Of a DNA stretch of 64,000 nucleotides, positions 53,022-64,000 are shown in pieces. Made by a program: the position numbers and the translations under genes. The stretch is from Mustelus asterias (taxonomy: Eukaryota), in the NCBI RefSeq assembly GCF_964213995.1, contig NC_135823.1, positions 434,001-498,000 of the forward strand. The letters run 5' to 3'. The first letter of the stretch is position 1; every line of letters begins with the position of its first letter. Under the pieces are notes generated by a model that saw only the letters and a list, made by a program, of their open reading frames with translations, was not told the origin of the DNA and made no database searches.

Positions 53022-53950
53022 GTATCCCCAATGTACCATGCCTCGGGACATCCTTTCCTGCAGCGTATCAGGTAGACGTTGGCCGAGTTGTAAGAGTATG
53101 TACCCTGTACCTGGTGGATGGTGTTGTCACGTGAGATGATCCGGCATCTGTGTCGATGATCCGGCACATCTTGCAGAGTTTGCTGTGGCAGGGTTGTGTG
53201 GTGTCGTGGTCACTGTTCTCCTGAAGGCCGGGTAGTTTGCTGCGGACAATGGTCTGTTTGAGGTTGTGTGGTTGTTTGAGGGCAAGAAGTGGGGGTGTGG
53301 GGATGGCCTTGGCGAGATGTTCGTTTTCATCAATGACATGTTGAAGGCTCCAGAGGAGATGCCGTAGCTTCTCCGCTCCGGGGAAGTACTGGACGACGAA
53401 GGGTACTCTGTCCACCGTGTTCCCTGTTTGTCTTCTGAGGAGGTCGGTGCGGTTTTTCGCTGTGGCGCGTCGGAACTGTTGATCGATGAGTCAAGCGCCA
53501 TATCCGGTTCTTATGAAGGCATCCTTCAACGTTTGGAGGTGTCTGTTGCGATCCTCCTCATCCGAACAGATCCTGTGTATACGGAGGGCTTGTCCGTCGG
53601 GGAAGGTTTATTTAACGTGTATAGGGTGGAAGCTGGAAAAGTGGAGCATCGTGAGGTTATCCGTGGACTTGCGGTATAGTGAGGTGCTGAGGTGAACGCA
53701 TTTAACGGAGATGCGTATGTCCTGGAAAGCAACCGATGCCGGAGAGTAGTCCATGGTGAGTCTGATGGTCGGATGGAACTTGTTGATGTCATCATATCGT
53801 TGTTTCAGTGATTGTTCACCATGAGTCCAAAGAAAGAAAATGTCATCGATGTATCTAGTGTATAGCATCGGTTGACGGTACTGTGCGGTGGAGAAGTCTT
53901 GCTCGAACCTGTGCATGAAGATGTTTGCATATTGATGTTGGCATGTTGGC
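53022..53950 (-). mobile_element. Inverted 5'-truncated Penelope copy adjoining the 5' end of the full element
   Basis: Minus-strand ORFs YANIFMHRFEQ...RYIDD and SANVYLIRCRKGCPEAWYIGD, highly similar to about 55480-56375. Confidence 0.9.
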
Positions 53951-53957
53951 ATATTGA

Positions 53958-56948
53958 CCAGTCCAACGTCGGCATCTCCACACCATGACTACCATCGACA
54001 CCGCAAACTGCCGGCTCCAAGTGGAGAGAATCTCCAAGACGATCACGCATATCGCCACAGTCATCAAGAGTCTACAAATATACAAGAAAGCAGACAAGAT
54101 ACCGAAAGGACTACAGATCACGAACCCACTCAGGTCAACCTATAACAGACTATGCTGAGAGAGTTTGCCGTCGCACTTCTCTCACACTCCTCAATCACCT
54201 CATACACCATCTCTACAGCAAAGGCCGCAGCCTGGAAACCAAGATAGAGTCCATATTCTCAGCTTATGCTCAGGACACAGATCAGCTGCGAAACTTTGCT
54301 AAGCAGACGAGACAAAGGAACTACACCATCTTCATGCACACCAAGAACAGGAACCTTGAGAAACTCGGCATCACCACCAGCAGCAACCACGCCTTCCCCA
54401 GTACCACAGTAGAAAACAATACCGCTGCAGGGAAGTACATTGTCAACTTGTCGGACTACACACTTCAACCAGATGAAATTGAAGTTCGCAGCCGGGGGCT
54501 TAATTTTTGCCCCACCACCAAAGTAGACCCAATCCGTCTCGCAGCAGAAACAGAGGAATTCATCAGGCGAATGAGGCTGCGGGATTTCTTCCACAAAGTC
54601 CAAGAGGCCAACAGCGAACACAATGAGACAGCCAATGAACCAGAACAGCCAACAGAGAGATCCGCAGTGAATCCAAAGAGGAAAGAGTCGAATTGGACTC
54701 CTCCGGAAGGCCGCTGCCCTCGACTTGACATGTATGCCCAAGCCATCAGGAGGTGGGTCAACACCAAATTCATCAGCTGCACTCACAAGACAGCCCTGAA
54801 CATCACCCAAACACAATGCAACGCCATCTGCGCTCTCAAGACCAACCATAACATTGTCATTAAACCAGCAGACAAAGGAGGGGCCATCGGCATACTGAAC
54901 AGAACGGATTACTGCAAAGAAGTGTACCGACAACTGAACAACGAGGAACACTACAGACAGTTACCCGCAGATCCGACCAAAGAAGACACCCGTCAAACTA
55001 ACACTGTGATCAAGACCTTTGATCCGGAACTTCTGAGCGCCCTCATCCCACGTACTCCCCGTGTTTCAGATCTCTACTGCCTCCCGAAGATACACAAGGC
55101 AAACACACCCGGACGTCCCATCGTATCGGGCAATGGGATCCTGTGCGAGAACCTCTCCGGCTATGTCGAGGGCATCCTGAAACCCATTGTACAAAGAACC
55201 CCCACCTTTTGTCCCGAAACTACGGAAACTCGGCACACATGGAGCAGTTGAACCAGGAGCACTCCTCGTCACAATGGATGTCTCGGCACTCAACACCAGC
55301 ATCCCCCACGATGATGGCATTGCTGCAACAGCCTCAGTGCTCAGTGCCGACAACCGCCAGTTTCCAGATGCAATTTTACAAGTCATCCACTTCATCCTGG
55401 ACCACAATGCCTTCACCTTCAACAACCAGTTCTTCATCCAGATACACGGAACAGCCATGGGGACCAAATTCGCACCTCAATATACCAACATCTTCATGCA
55501 CAGGTTCGAACAAGACTTCTTCACCGCACAGGACCTTCAACCGATGCGATACACTAGATACATCGATGACAGTCTCTTCCTTTGGACTCATGGTGAACAA
55601 TCACTGAAACAACTATATGATGACAACAATAAGTTCCATCCCACCATCAGACTCACCATGGATTACTCTCCGGAATCAGTGGCATTCTTGGACACACGCA
55701 TCTACATTAAGGTCAGTCACCTCAGCACCTCACTATACCGCAAGTCCACGGATAACCTCACGATGCTCCACTTCTCCAGCTTGCACCCTAAACACGTTAA
55801 AACAGCCATCCCCTACGGACAAGCCCTCCGAATACACAGGATCTGCTCGGATGAGGAGGATCGCAACAGACACCTCCAGACGCTGAAAGATGCCTACATA
55901 AGAACAGGATATGGCGCTCGACTCATCGATCGACAGTTCCGACGTGCCACAGCGAAAAACCGCATCGACCTCCTCAGAAGACGAACAAGGAAGACGGTGG
56001 CCAGAGTACCCGACGTCGTCCAGTACTTCCCCGGAGCGGAGAAGCTATGGAATCTCCTCCGGAGCCTTCAACATGTCATTGACGAAGATGAACATCTCGC
56101 CAAGGCCATCCCCACACCCCCACTTCTTGCCTTCAAACAACCGCACAAGCTCAAACAGACCATTGTCCGCAGCACACTACCCAACCTTCACAACACCAGA
56201 CAACCTTGCCAGAGCAACCTCTGTGAGACGTGCCGGATAATCGACACAGATGCCATCATCTCACGTGAGAACACCATCGACCAGGTACACGGTACATACT
56301 CTTGCAACTCGGCCAACGTTGTCTACCTGATACGCTGCAGGAAAGGATGTCCTGAGACATGGTACATTGGGGAAACCATGCAGACGCGACGACAACGGAT
56401 ACAATCACCAGGCAAGACTGTTCTCTTCCTGTTGGGGAGCACTTCAGCGGTCACGGGCATTCGACCTCTGATCTTCGCGTAAGCGTTCTCCAAGGCGGCC
56501 TTCACGACACACGACCACGCAGAGTTGCTGAGCAGAAACTGATAGCCAAGTTGCGCACACATGAGGACGGCCTCAACCGGGATCTTGGGTTCATGTGACA
56601 CCAGCTGTAACCCCCACAGCTTGCCTGGACTTTCAGAATCTCACTGGCTGTCTTGTCTGGAGACAATACACATCTCTTTAACCTGTGCTTAATGCTCTCT
56701 CCACTCATATTATTTGTACCTTTAAGACTTGATCATCTGTAAAGACTGCATTCCGATCATTATTTTGTAAATTGAGTTCGTGTCTCTGTATGCGCTGCTT
56801 GTAAGCACATCTCCACTCCACCTGATGAAGGGGCAGCGCTCCGAAAGCTAGTGGCATTTGCTATCAAATAAACCTGTTGGACTCTAATCTGGTGTTGTCA
56901 AACTTCTTAATGTGTTTACCCCAGTCCAACGCTGGCATCTCCACATCA
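53958..56948 (+). mobile_element. Near-full-length Penelope-like retroelement (RT + GIY-YIG endonuclease), frameshifted
   Basis: ORF starts at ATG 53985 directly after a pLTR end. Motifs IPKGL, IKPADKGG, PKIHK...PGRPIVS, GTAMG, RYIDD, FLD, LYRK, then C-terminal NVVYLIRC...WYIGET. 3' pLTR ends ggcatctccacatca. Confidence 0.93.
56818..56854 (+). ncRNA. Minimal type I hammerhead ribozyme in Penelope pLTR
   Basis: ccac-CTGATGA-a-ggggc-agc-gctcc-GAAA-gc-TA-gtgg: intact core, stem I ccac/gtgg, stem II ggggc/gctcc, palindromic AGCT in place of stem III. Confidence 0.8.
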
Positions 56949-56949
56949 C

Positions 56950-58405
56950 GGGGATAGAGCCAGAGGACTGGAGAGTGGCGAATGTTGTTCCTCTGTTCAA
57001 GAAAAGAAATAAGAATGACCCTGGTAATTATAGGCCTGTTAGCCTTACTTCGGTGGTAGGTAAGTTAATGGAAAAGGTCCTGAGGGATAAGATTTATGAC
57101 GATTTGGAATGATGCAGCTTAAACTAGGATGGTCAACATGGATTCCTGAAGGGTAAGTCTTGCCTCACAAATTCGATTGAATTCTTTGAGGAGATAACGA
57201 AGTGTGTAGATGAAGGTAGAACAGTTGATGTCATATACATGGATTTTAGTAAGGCGTTTGACACGACCCCCCATGGTCGGCTCGTGAAGGGAAGTAAGGA
57301 GGTGTGGGATAGAGGGAAATTTGGCCGATTGGATAACTAACTGGCGATCTCATAGAAGACAGAGGATGGTGGTGGATGGAAAATTTTCAGTCTGGAGACC
57401 AGTTACCAGCGGTGTACCACAGTGATCAGTGCTGCGTTATCTGCTATTTGTGATTTTTATCAATGACTTGGAGGAGGGGTCTGAATGGTGGGTCAGTAAA
57501 TTTGCTGATGACACCAAGATTGAGGTGGAGGGCTGTTGTAGGCTGCAAAGAGACATTGATAGGATGCAGAGCTGGTCCAAAAAATTGCAGATGGAGTTTA
57601 ACCCTGATAAGTGCGAGGTGATTCATTTTGGTAGGACAAATTTGAATGCGGATTACATGGTCAACGGCAGGGTTCTGAGGAATGTGGAGGAACAGAGAAA
57701 TCTTGGGGTTCATATCCACAGATCTCTGAAGGTTGCCACTCAAGTGGATAGAGCCGTGAAGAAGGCCTATCGTGTGTCAGCGTTTATTAACGGGGGTTTG
57801 AGTTTAAGAGCAGTGGGGTTATGCTGCAACTGTACAGGACCTTGATGGGACCACATTTGGAATATTGTGTGCAGTTCTGTTCACCTCACTATAAGATGGA
57901 TGTGGAAGCATTGGAGAGAGTGCAAAGGAGATTTACCAGGATGCTGCCTGGTTTGGAGGGTAGGTCGTATGAGGAAAGGTTGAGGGAGCTACGGCTTTTC
58001 TCTTTCGAGCAGATGACGTTGAGAGGCGCCTTAATAGAGGTTCATAAGATGATGAGGGGGATAGATAGAGTGGACGTTCAGAGACTATTTCCTCGGGTGG
58101 ATGTAGTTGTTATTAGGGGGCATAACTATAAGGTTCATGGTGGGAGATATAGGAGGGATGTCCGAGGTAGGTTCTTTACTCAGAGAGTGGTTGGGGTGTG
58201 GAATGGACTGCCTGCTGTGATAGTGGAGTCGGACACTTTAGGAACTTTCAAGCAGTTATTGGATAGGCACATGGAGCACACCGGAATGATAGGGAGTGGT
58301 GTAGCTTGATCTTGGTTTCGGACAAAGCTCGGCACAACATCGACCTGTACTGTCGGGCCTGTACTGTACTGTACTGTGCTGTACTGTTCTATGTTCTATG
58401 TTCTA
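56950..58405 (+). mobile_element. CR1 RT region to 3' end
   Basis: NYRPVSLTSVVGK, FADDTK, HLEYCVQF; (ttctatg)n tail. Confidence 0.9.
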
Positions 58406-58895
58406 ATTCTGCTCTATGAACGTCAACATATCTTGTAAGAAATGTATCAAGAACTTTTATCAATTTCGAAAAAGAAACAAAACAACCACTATAATGTTTG
58501 ATTTGATTTATTATCGTCACATGTATAAGCCTACAGTGAAAGTGTTCTTTCTTGCGCGCCACACAGCCAAAGCATAACGTTCATAGAGATCTATGCAGAA
58601 CACCCTGAATGTTTCGTCATTTCCTGTGGTGGCCGAGTTGTCATCTTTTTCATGATCTTTGAGATATAGTATTAATAAAAATGGGAAAAAGTACTTTTTA
58701 CGAGGTGTGCTTTGATTTTTAACATTTTAACTTGAAGGCTAGCTTTGATCTATAGTGTGAGAATTGTGTATTTTGGAGGAAGAAGAGATTCCAGAGCTAT
58801 TCCGTGATTAAGAGATTCCCTGCCCACATCTGTGTCATTCGTAGATATACTGCTGACACCTGTCACAATGTCAGCCGCATTCTGATTGCATCACG

Positions 58896-60085
58896 TGTTA
58901 TGGTTCAGGTTAGGAACTCCAAAGTGTTTTATGAAGCCCACCTGAATCATACGTTTTGCATTTTGTATTTGGCTAGGATAAGCATGAGATGTTTCCCTTC
59001 AGGAGTGACTCAAAATACCCACTCGTGAGCTTTTACCACACAAAGTTGAGTTAAGAATACAGTCAACATATCTTGCAAGAAAAGTAGCAAGAACGTTTAT
59101 CAATTACAATCAAGAAACAAGACAACCCACCATAATGGTGATTTGATTTGATTTATTATTTTCACATGAATAATCATACAGTGAAATGTGTTGTGTCGTG
59201 TGCGCTATACAGATAAAGCATACCGTTTATCGAGAAAGAAAGCAGAGAGCGCAGAAAGTAATGTTACAGTCATAGCTAGGGTGTAGAGAAAGATAAACGT
59301 AATGCGAGGTCGGTCCATTCAAAAGTCTGTTGGCAGCAGAGAAGATGCTGTTCTTGAGTCCTAAGACATTTGTATCTTTTTCTTGATGGAAAAAGGTGGA
59401 AGAGAAAATGTCTGGGTGCGTGGGGTCCTTAGTTATGCTGGCTGCTAAGCCGAGGCAGCAGAAAGTGTAGACAGAGTCAATGAATGGGAGGCTAGTTTGC
59501 GTGATGTATTGGGCAACATTCATGACCTTTTGTAGTTCTTTGCGGTCTTGGGCAGAACAGGAGCCAAGCTGTGATACAAGCAGAAATAATGCTTTCTATG
59601 GTGCATTTGTAAAACGTGTAATGTCTCACCCTTAATGAATATAGATAAGCTTTCCCAGTTACAACCAAAACCCAATAGACCCTTTTCACAGGTTCAACAC
59701 AGCACAGACTAATGCTCACGTGACTAATTGAAATTTGTGTCCCTTGGTTGAAGTCTGCAGTTCTCTGGAATCATTTCAAATAGTTTGAAAACAAGGCATC
59801 TTCCCAAAAAATCAGAGAGACTCTTGTCCAGCCCCCAAAACAACAGATTTTCACCTTTCAGAAAACCACAGAATTTTCAAAACAATCGGGAGAGAGGGAA
59901 AACACTTCTTTTCAGCTTGCTGTCCCTTCGAAAACTCAACTCCAAACTTCAGCTCCAAACTGAAAGTGTTAACGACATCCCTGTCAATGAGCGTCACACG
60001 GTTTTTTTTCTTCCCAACAATGACATCACCTCAGGTTGTGAGCATGAATTAAAACAGAATCTTAAGGGTACACTCACATCACACA
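58896..60085 (-). mobile_element. Related solo LTR interrupted by a Rex1/Babar fragment (about 59140-59615)
   Basis: 58896-59135 resembles the reverse complement of about 17790-18021; tgacatcacctcagg at about 60021 matches ccttaggtgatgtca at about 17391. Confidence 0.55.
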
Positions 60086-60619
60086 TGCAACTTCCACGGT
60101 GTTAGGATGCGATCTATATGGGAGTTGGTTTGAGGACTCAGCGTCTGTCCGTGATGGAGTTTAGAAGGATGAGGGGGGATATCATTGAAACTTCCAGAAT
60201 TCTGAAAGGCCTGGATAGAGTGGACGTGGGGGAGGTGTTTCCATTAATCGGAGAAACTATGATCCGAGGGCACAGCCTCAGAGTAAAGGGACGACCTTTC
60301 CTTCCGAGCTGAGAAATCATTTCTTCAGCCAGAGGGTGGTGAATCTGTGGAATTCATTGCCACAGAAGGCTGTGGAGTCCAGGTCATTAAAGACAAAGAT
60401 AGACAGGTTCTTGCTTGGTAAGGGAATCAGGGGTTCAAAGGAAAAGGCGGGAGAAATGGGTTGAGAAATCTATCAACTATGACTGAATGGTGGAGCAGAC
60501 CCGATGGGCTGAATGGCCTAATTCAGCTCATACATCTTTTGGTCTTCTGGTGTTTTTCCATGTAGATATTTCTATTTCCCTAATCCATTGCTTTCACAGC
60601 GTAACAAGTAAAAGTTGAG

Positions 60620-61625
60620 TTAGAGAGAGAGAGAGTGAGACAGAGCAGGTGAAATAGAGAGCGAGCGAGAGAGAGAGAGTGAGAGAGAGAGGGGGGTGGG
60701 AGAGAGAGAGAGAGAAACAGAGAGACGAGGCAGAGAGAGACAGAGTGAAGGAGACAGACAGAGAGAGAGAGAGGGAGAGAGAGAGAGAGAGAGAGAAAGA
60801 AAGAAAGAGAGAGTCAGAGAAAGACGGTGAGTGCGTCAGAGAGAGAGAAAGAGAAAGACAGAGACAGCGAGAGAGCGAGTTAGACAGAGAAAGAGATAGG
60901 GAGACAGCGAGAGAGAGAAAGATCAAGTGAGACAGAGAGAGAGCCAGAGAAAGAGAGAGAAAGGTGGATAGGGAGAGAGAAAAAGAGAAAGAGAGGGACA
61001 GAACGAGAGAGAGTGAGACAGCGAGGGAAACAGATAAAGTCAGTGAGAGGGCAGAGAGAGAGAGGGAGGGAAAAAGATAGACAGAGAGACAGAGAGAGAG
61101 GGACAAAGAGAGGGAGATCGACAGAGAGAGAGACAGAGACAGAGAGAGGGACAGAGAGAGAGGGAGAGAGGGGCGGCACGGTAGCACAGTGGTTAGCACT
61201 GCTGCTTCACAGCTCCAGGGACCTGGGTTCGATTCCCGGCTTGGGTCACTGTCTGTGTGGTGCTTGCACATCCTCCTCGTGTCTGCGTGGGTTTCCTCCG
61301 GGTGGTCCGGTTTCCTCCCACAATCCAAAGATATGCGGGTTTGGTTGATTGGCCATGCTAAAAATTTCCCTTCGTGCCCTGGGATGCGTAAATTAGAGGG
61401 ATTAGTGGGTGGATTGGCGAGTTGGGATTGTGGTCGGTGCAGACCCGATGGGCCGAATGGCCTCTTTTTGTGCTGTCGGGTTTCTAAGATTCTAAGAGAC
61501 AGAGAGAGAGAACGAGAAAGGGACAGAGAAAGAGAGAGAGGCAGAGTGAGGGACAGAGAGAGAGAAACAGAGAGAGAGAGAGAGAGCGCGAGACAGAGTG
61601 AAAAACAAACAGACAGCGAGAAACA
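60620..61625. repeat. GA-rich microsatellite tract containing an HE1-type SINE (about 61170-61492, +)
   Basis: Directly visible; SINE head ggcggcacggtagcacagtggttagcact. Confidence 0.93.
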
Positions 61626-62024
61626 CGGAGCGAGGAAACCGTTGGAAACAAAGTCTTTGAATGTTTTAAAATATATTTTAATGGGAAGGTTGATAGATTC
61701 TTGATAATTGGCGGGAATGTGGCGTTGAGTTTCCAATTAGGTCAGCCCCGATATTATTGAGTGGGGGATTTAGCTCGAAGGGGTGATGGCCTACTCCTTT
61801 TCAGACTTCATATGTTAATATCCAGATAATGTAATTCGTGATGTTGCTTGAGAGAGAAATATGGCAACAAGCGCGCCCACTCTCCGGCCGTCCTGCTAAC
61901 AACGGACATGGCATACTTTAAATTTCAGGTGATTAGACACGGGGCTTTTGTTTCAATTGATAGGAGAATATTGACATGTGATTGGTTATGATCAGTTGTA
62001 AATACTTCACTCCTTCAGCATGAG

Positions 62025-62830
62025 GTTAGTGATAGAAGAAAGTTAGAGAATCTATTCAACTGGTGCAGCGATAATAATCTCTCCCTCAATGTCAACAAAA
62101 TGAAGGAGTTAGTCATCGACTTCACGAAGCATGGTGGAGGACATGGGGTGAAGTGGATATGGTCGAGAGCTTGAACTTCCAGGCTTTCAGATCACCAATA
62201 ACCTGTCCTGGTCCCGCCACGCCGACGCCGACGCTACAGTTACGAAAGCCCACCAACGCCTCTACTTTCTCAGAAGACTCAGGAAATTCGGCATTTCCAA
62301 TACAACCCTCACCAAGTTCTACAGATGCACCATAGAAAGTATCCTTTCCAGATGTATCACAGCTTGGTGTGGCTCCTGCTCTGCCCAAGACCGCAAGAAA
62401 CTACAAAGGATTGTGAACCTAGACCAGACCATCGCACAAACCAGCCTCCCATCCCTTGACTCCATCTACACTTCTCGCTGCCTCGGGAAAATCAGCTGGC
62501 ATAATTAAGGACCCCACACAGTACCGATATACTCTCTTCCACCTTCTTCCATCAGGAAAAAAGATACAAATGTCTGAGGTCACGGACCAACAGACTCAAA
62601 ACAGCTTCTTCCCTGCTGCCATCAGACTTTTGAATGGACCTACCTCGCATTAAGTTGATCTTTATGAACACCCCAGCTATCTATGACTGTCACACTACAT
62701 TCTGCACTCTCTCCTTTCCTTCTCCCTTATGTATTCTCTGTACAGTGTGCCTTGCCTGTATAGCACGCAAGAAGCAATTTTTTTCACTATGTCCAATACA
62801 TGTGACAATAATAAATGAAATGAAATCAAA
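62025..62830 (+). mobile_element. Rex1/Babar 3' fragment
   Basis: Homologous to 12240-13065 and 50700-51705. Confidence 0.8.
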
Positions 62831-64000
62831 AAGTTAAATTATACAAAGTATAAACGGGAGCATCTGTCTGCAATTTCAATGGTGCAAATCCTCTGAGTAA
62901 AGATGACCCAAACCTTCAAGGAGGTGCCCAGGACAGTGATGAGCGTGGGGACTGGGATCCTGTGTATTTTTGCTTTTATATGCATATCAGCTTTTCTCTC
63001 GGGTAACTCAGTCCTCGGCCCCCGGGGACTGGAAAACATTCTGGAAGCGCACGTTTTGCAGAGACGACGGGCAGTGGTTAAGAAATGGAAAATTCAGCGC
63101 TGTGTTAATTTTGTCTCAGCGTTTCATGTTTACAGTTCAGGAGCCCACTCACATGTCAGCCCACAAAGAGAAACACCTGACAGTTTATGCTTCACTGGGC
63201 TCGTCAGACTGTGAAGGAAAGGCACATTTTATTTATGAGTCACAAGTAGATTTACATTCACACTGCAATGGAGTTATTGTGAAAACACCCGAGTCGCCAT
63301 ATTTCGGCATTTGTTCGGGTTTCCTGAGGCAGAATTTAACATGGCCAATTCACCTAACCTGCACATCTTTTGTACTGTGGGAGGAACCCGGAGCACCTGG
63401 AGGAAACCCACACAGATACGGGGAGAACGTGCTGACTCCACACAGACAGTGACGCAAGCGAACATGGGTCCCTGGCGCTGTGAGGCAGGAGTGCTAACCA
63501 CTGTGCCACCCTGCCGCCCTTTGTTGAGCAGTGTGGATAAGGTGCTGAACTCAACAGCCCTACTGGTTGTGTCATTGACCTGAGCACAGGGGATAGCAAT
63601 CTAATACCGAATGTTCCGTTGAATGCATCCCGAATACCTTCATTTATTATGTTTCCAACCAGAAGGTGCCAGGTTGAAGAAAACTAGAAAGAGGAGTGAA
63701 CCTTTTAGTTATTGTTTCACCCAATGTCTGTTTCCCTGTCTCTGTGGTATAATTATCCTCTCAATCGTTGGAGCATGGATAATCTCCTCCAGACTAGCAT
63801 TTATCCTTCACACTAATCTCCTACCACATGGGGAGGTGATGGCAGAGTGGTATTTGCACTCGGCTATGAATCGAGAAATTCAGCTAATGTCCTGGGGACC
63901 CAAGTTCGAATCCCATCACGGCAGATACTGGAATTTGAATTTAATAAAAAATACCTCAAATGAAGAATCTACCGATTACCATGGTTAGCACTGCTGCCTC

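Noticed and set aside
54259-54951. 230-aa minus-strand ORF
   Set aside because: Antisense shadow of the Penelope ORF.
61170-61245. tRNA gene
   Set aside because: It is the tRNA-derived head of an HE1-type SINE, continuous with the SINE body and present in many copies.
60594-61736. 380-aa minus-strand ORF
   Set aside because: It is a (TC)n tract plus an antisense SINE with no protein features.

Overview
Eukaryotic, repeat-dense vertebrate DNA with five N-gaps. The repeat content (HE1/V-SINE-type tRNA SINEs, CR1, Rex1/Babar, Penelope) points to a cartilaginous fish, probably a shark. The main host content is a small minus-strand cluster of non-rearranging antigen-receptor-like genes. (1) An apparently intact spliced gene at 21050-32285, reconstructed by hand as 8 phase-compatible GT-AG exons encoding 339 aa: signal peptide, germline-joined VJ-type V domain, C1-set domain, uncharged TM, and a cytoplasmic tail ending in an ITIM-like PLYASL motif. 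It also has a candidate pair of mutually exclusive cytoplasmic micro-exons. (2) A pseudogenised V-C1 paralogue at about 1254-1977. Weaker plus-strand fragments resemble the first exons (N-terminal Tyr motif plus TM) of type II NK-lectin-like receptors. Mobile DNA includes a near-full-length Penelope element (RT + GIY-YIG) with an inverted partial copy, minimal hammerhead ribozyme motifs in Penelope-type repeats, a decayed Gypsy pol, two related solo LTRs and many LINE/SINE fragments. Most ORFs in the supplied track are transposon remnants or microsatellite artefacts. Repeat boundaries are approximate.
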